Positions 62,981-64,000 of a DNA stretch of 64,000 nt are shown piece by piece. The position numbers and the translations under genes are program-made. The stretch lies in IMG/VR virus record IMGVR_UViG_3300030330_006022, positions 1-64,000 of that record, one strand, 5' to 3'. Within the stretch, counting starts at the first letter, position 1, and each line of letters starts with the position of its first letter. The notes under the pieces were generated by a model that saw only the letters and a list, made by a program, of their open reading frames with translations, searched no databases and was not told the DNA's origin. The DNA is from a virus (Duplodnaviria; Caudoviricetes).

Positions 62981-64000
62981 TGTCTGGTTGTGGAAATGAT
63001 AAGAAAAAATCTTTCTTAAGCAAACCTACTGCTAGAGTTAGGAATAGAAGAGCTGAGATTGAAAGAGCACAAAGAGAAGCAGCAGGCACATTAACAGGTA
63101 AAACTATCTTTAGAGCTAGAGTTGTTGCCCTCCCAGCTCAAGAAACTGCCGGTATAAAAATGGCAGATGGAGTAGCATTAGAAGGTTTCTCTGATTCTTT
63201 GTTTCAACTAAAAGAAGGTAGTTTTACCATGGTAAATTATGTTAGAGTTTTTGGCTTAGATGGGTCTTTACCAGACCCGGCAGAACCAGGTATTACAACT
63301 GATTCAGCAGTAATCGCCATGGCAATGCACGGACCAGCATATGCACCAGAATATATGAATTTAAAGTGTGGAGATATCATAGCAGTACAATTTGAAGAGG
63401 CTCCTGCAACACAATTATCCAACCAAATACCAAAAGTGATAAGCAAGTTTGAGAGCGATGAAGCATACGCCGACAGAGTCAGAGCTAATTTAGGAGCTAG
63501 TACTAGTGTTTTCTTAGGACTAGATAGTTCTTCTTTTCTTGGAGGCAACAACAACCCATCAGGCTTTGACAATATAATATTCGAACTAGAGTCTAAGATT
63601 CCAATCGCTACAGGTATAAAAAAATCACCAAATATACCAGGTTTAACTCAGATAGTTGAAAATGAATACAAAATATGGGTGGGTAAAAAAGAAACCAACC
63701 AAGATGTTTATCAAACTTTGAAAAAATATTGGGACAATATACAATATGCAGGCTGGACACCCTCAGGTGACCCATGGTCAGCAGCTTTTATTTCTTGGAT
63801 TTTAAAAGACCATGGATTCCCAAAAGCTTCTGCTCATCGAATATACTCAAATTCTGCTTTACAAAACAGAATAGCTTCAAAAAAAGGTTGGCAACTTTTT
63901 TCTCTTTTACGAGAAACTCCAAAAGTTTCTGTTGGGGATGTTATGGTTAAGCCTCGTTATCCACAACCTCCTAACTATAAAGCAACACACGGCGATGCAG
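62980..64000 (+). CDS. DUF2272/CHAP-like domain protein, possibly tail/baseplate-associated; runs off the window
   Basis: open from ATG 62980 to the window end (absent from ORF track); KYW..PWSAAFISW..SAH..GD..HGD. Confidence 0.7.
   Translation, partial: MSGCGNDKKKSFLSKPTARVRNRRAEIERAQREAAGTLTGKTIFRARVVALPAQETAGIKMADGVALEGFSDSLFQLKEGSFTMVNYVRVFGLDGSLPDPAEPGITTDSAVIAMAMHGPAYAPEYMNLKCGDIIAVQFEEAPATQLSNQIPKVISKFESDEAYADRVRANLGASTSVFLGLDSSSFLGGNNNPSGFDNIIFELESKIPIATGIKKSPNIPGLTQIVENEYKIWVGKKETNQDVYQTLKKYWDNIQYAGWTPSGDPWSAAFISWILKDHGFPKASAHRIYSNSALQNRIASKKGWQLFSLLRETPKVSVGDVMVKPRYPQPPNYKATHGDA

Noticed and set aside
1-64000. tRNA/rRNA genes, and most short minus-strand or nested ORFs in the track
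   Set aside because: No cloverleaf or T-loop signatures were seen by eye (tRNAscan-SE would settle this); the nested ORFs overlap better-supported + strand genes and lack RBSs.

Overview
AT-rich segment of a large (jumbo-type) tailed phage genome, almost entirely coded on the + strand. A marine Myxococcota/deltaproteobacterial host is a tentative inference from its lipoprotein types. There are four blocks. (1) 1-9.3 kb: accessory and lysis genes (ClpP-like protease, amidase, GroEL, glutaredoxin, cupin, trypsin-like protease). (2) About 9.3-27.9 kb: a sharply bounded early/host-takeover-like island of about 70 small ORFs. It carries about 30 divergent 50-90 aa SH3/KOW-like mini-proteins chained by a conserved junction repeat that is at once the C-terminus and stop of one gene and the RBS, start and N-terminus of the next. 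It also has 22 copies of a Fis-box-like palindrome GGWCA-N5-TGWCC, 21 of them at one of only two positions relative to sigma70-type promoters, plus a MoxR-AAA/vWA pair. By manual scan it lacks GGCC, CCGG, GCGC and CCWGG, which are common on both flanks. (3) 28-48.8 kb: probable virion/internal proteins sharing an N-terminal MKLT..LxQxIxE tag, lipoproteins, a HAD-Nudix fusion, a Fis-type HTH protein, PMM, HNH, PhoH and a Cas4/RecB-like nuclease. (4) 48.9-64 kb: a 14-gene glycan-modification cluster including FabH, then a phage sigma factor and a truncated DUF2272-like gene. I saw no tRNA, rRNA or CRISPR array. The best candidate for an undescribed system is block 2: a shufflable, co-regulated, restriction-site-purged mini-gene cassette array. 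All functional calls come from motif recognition by eye; no database searches were run.
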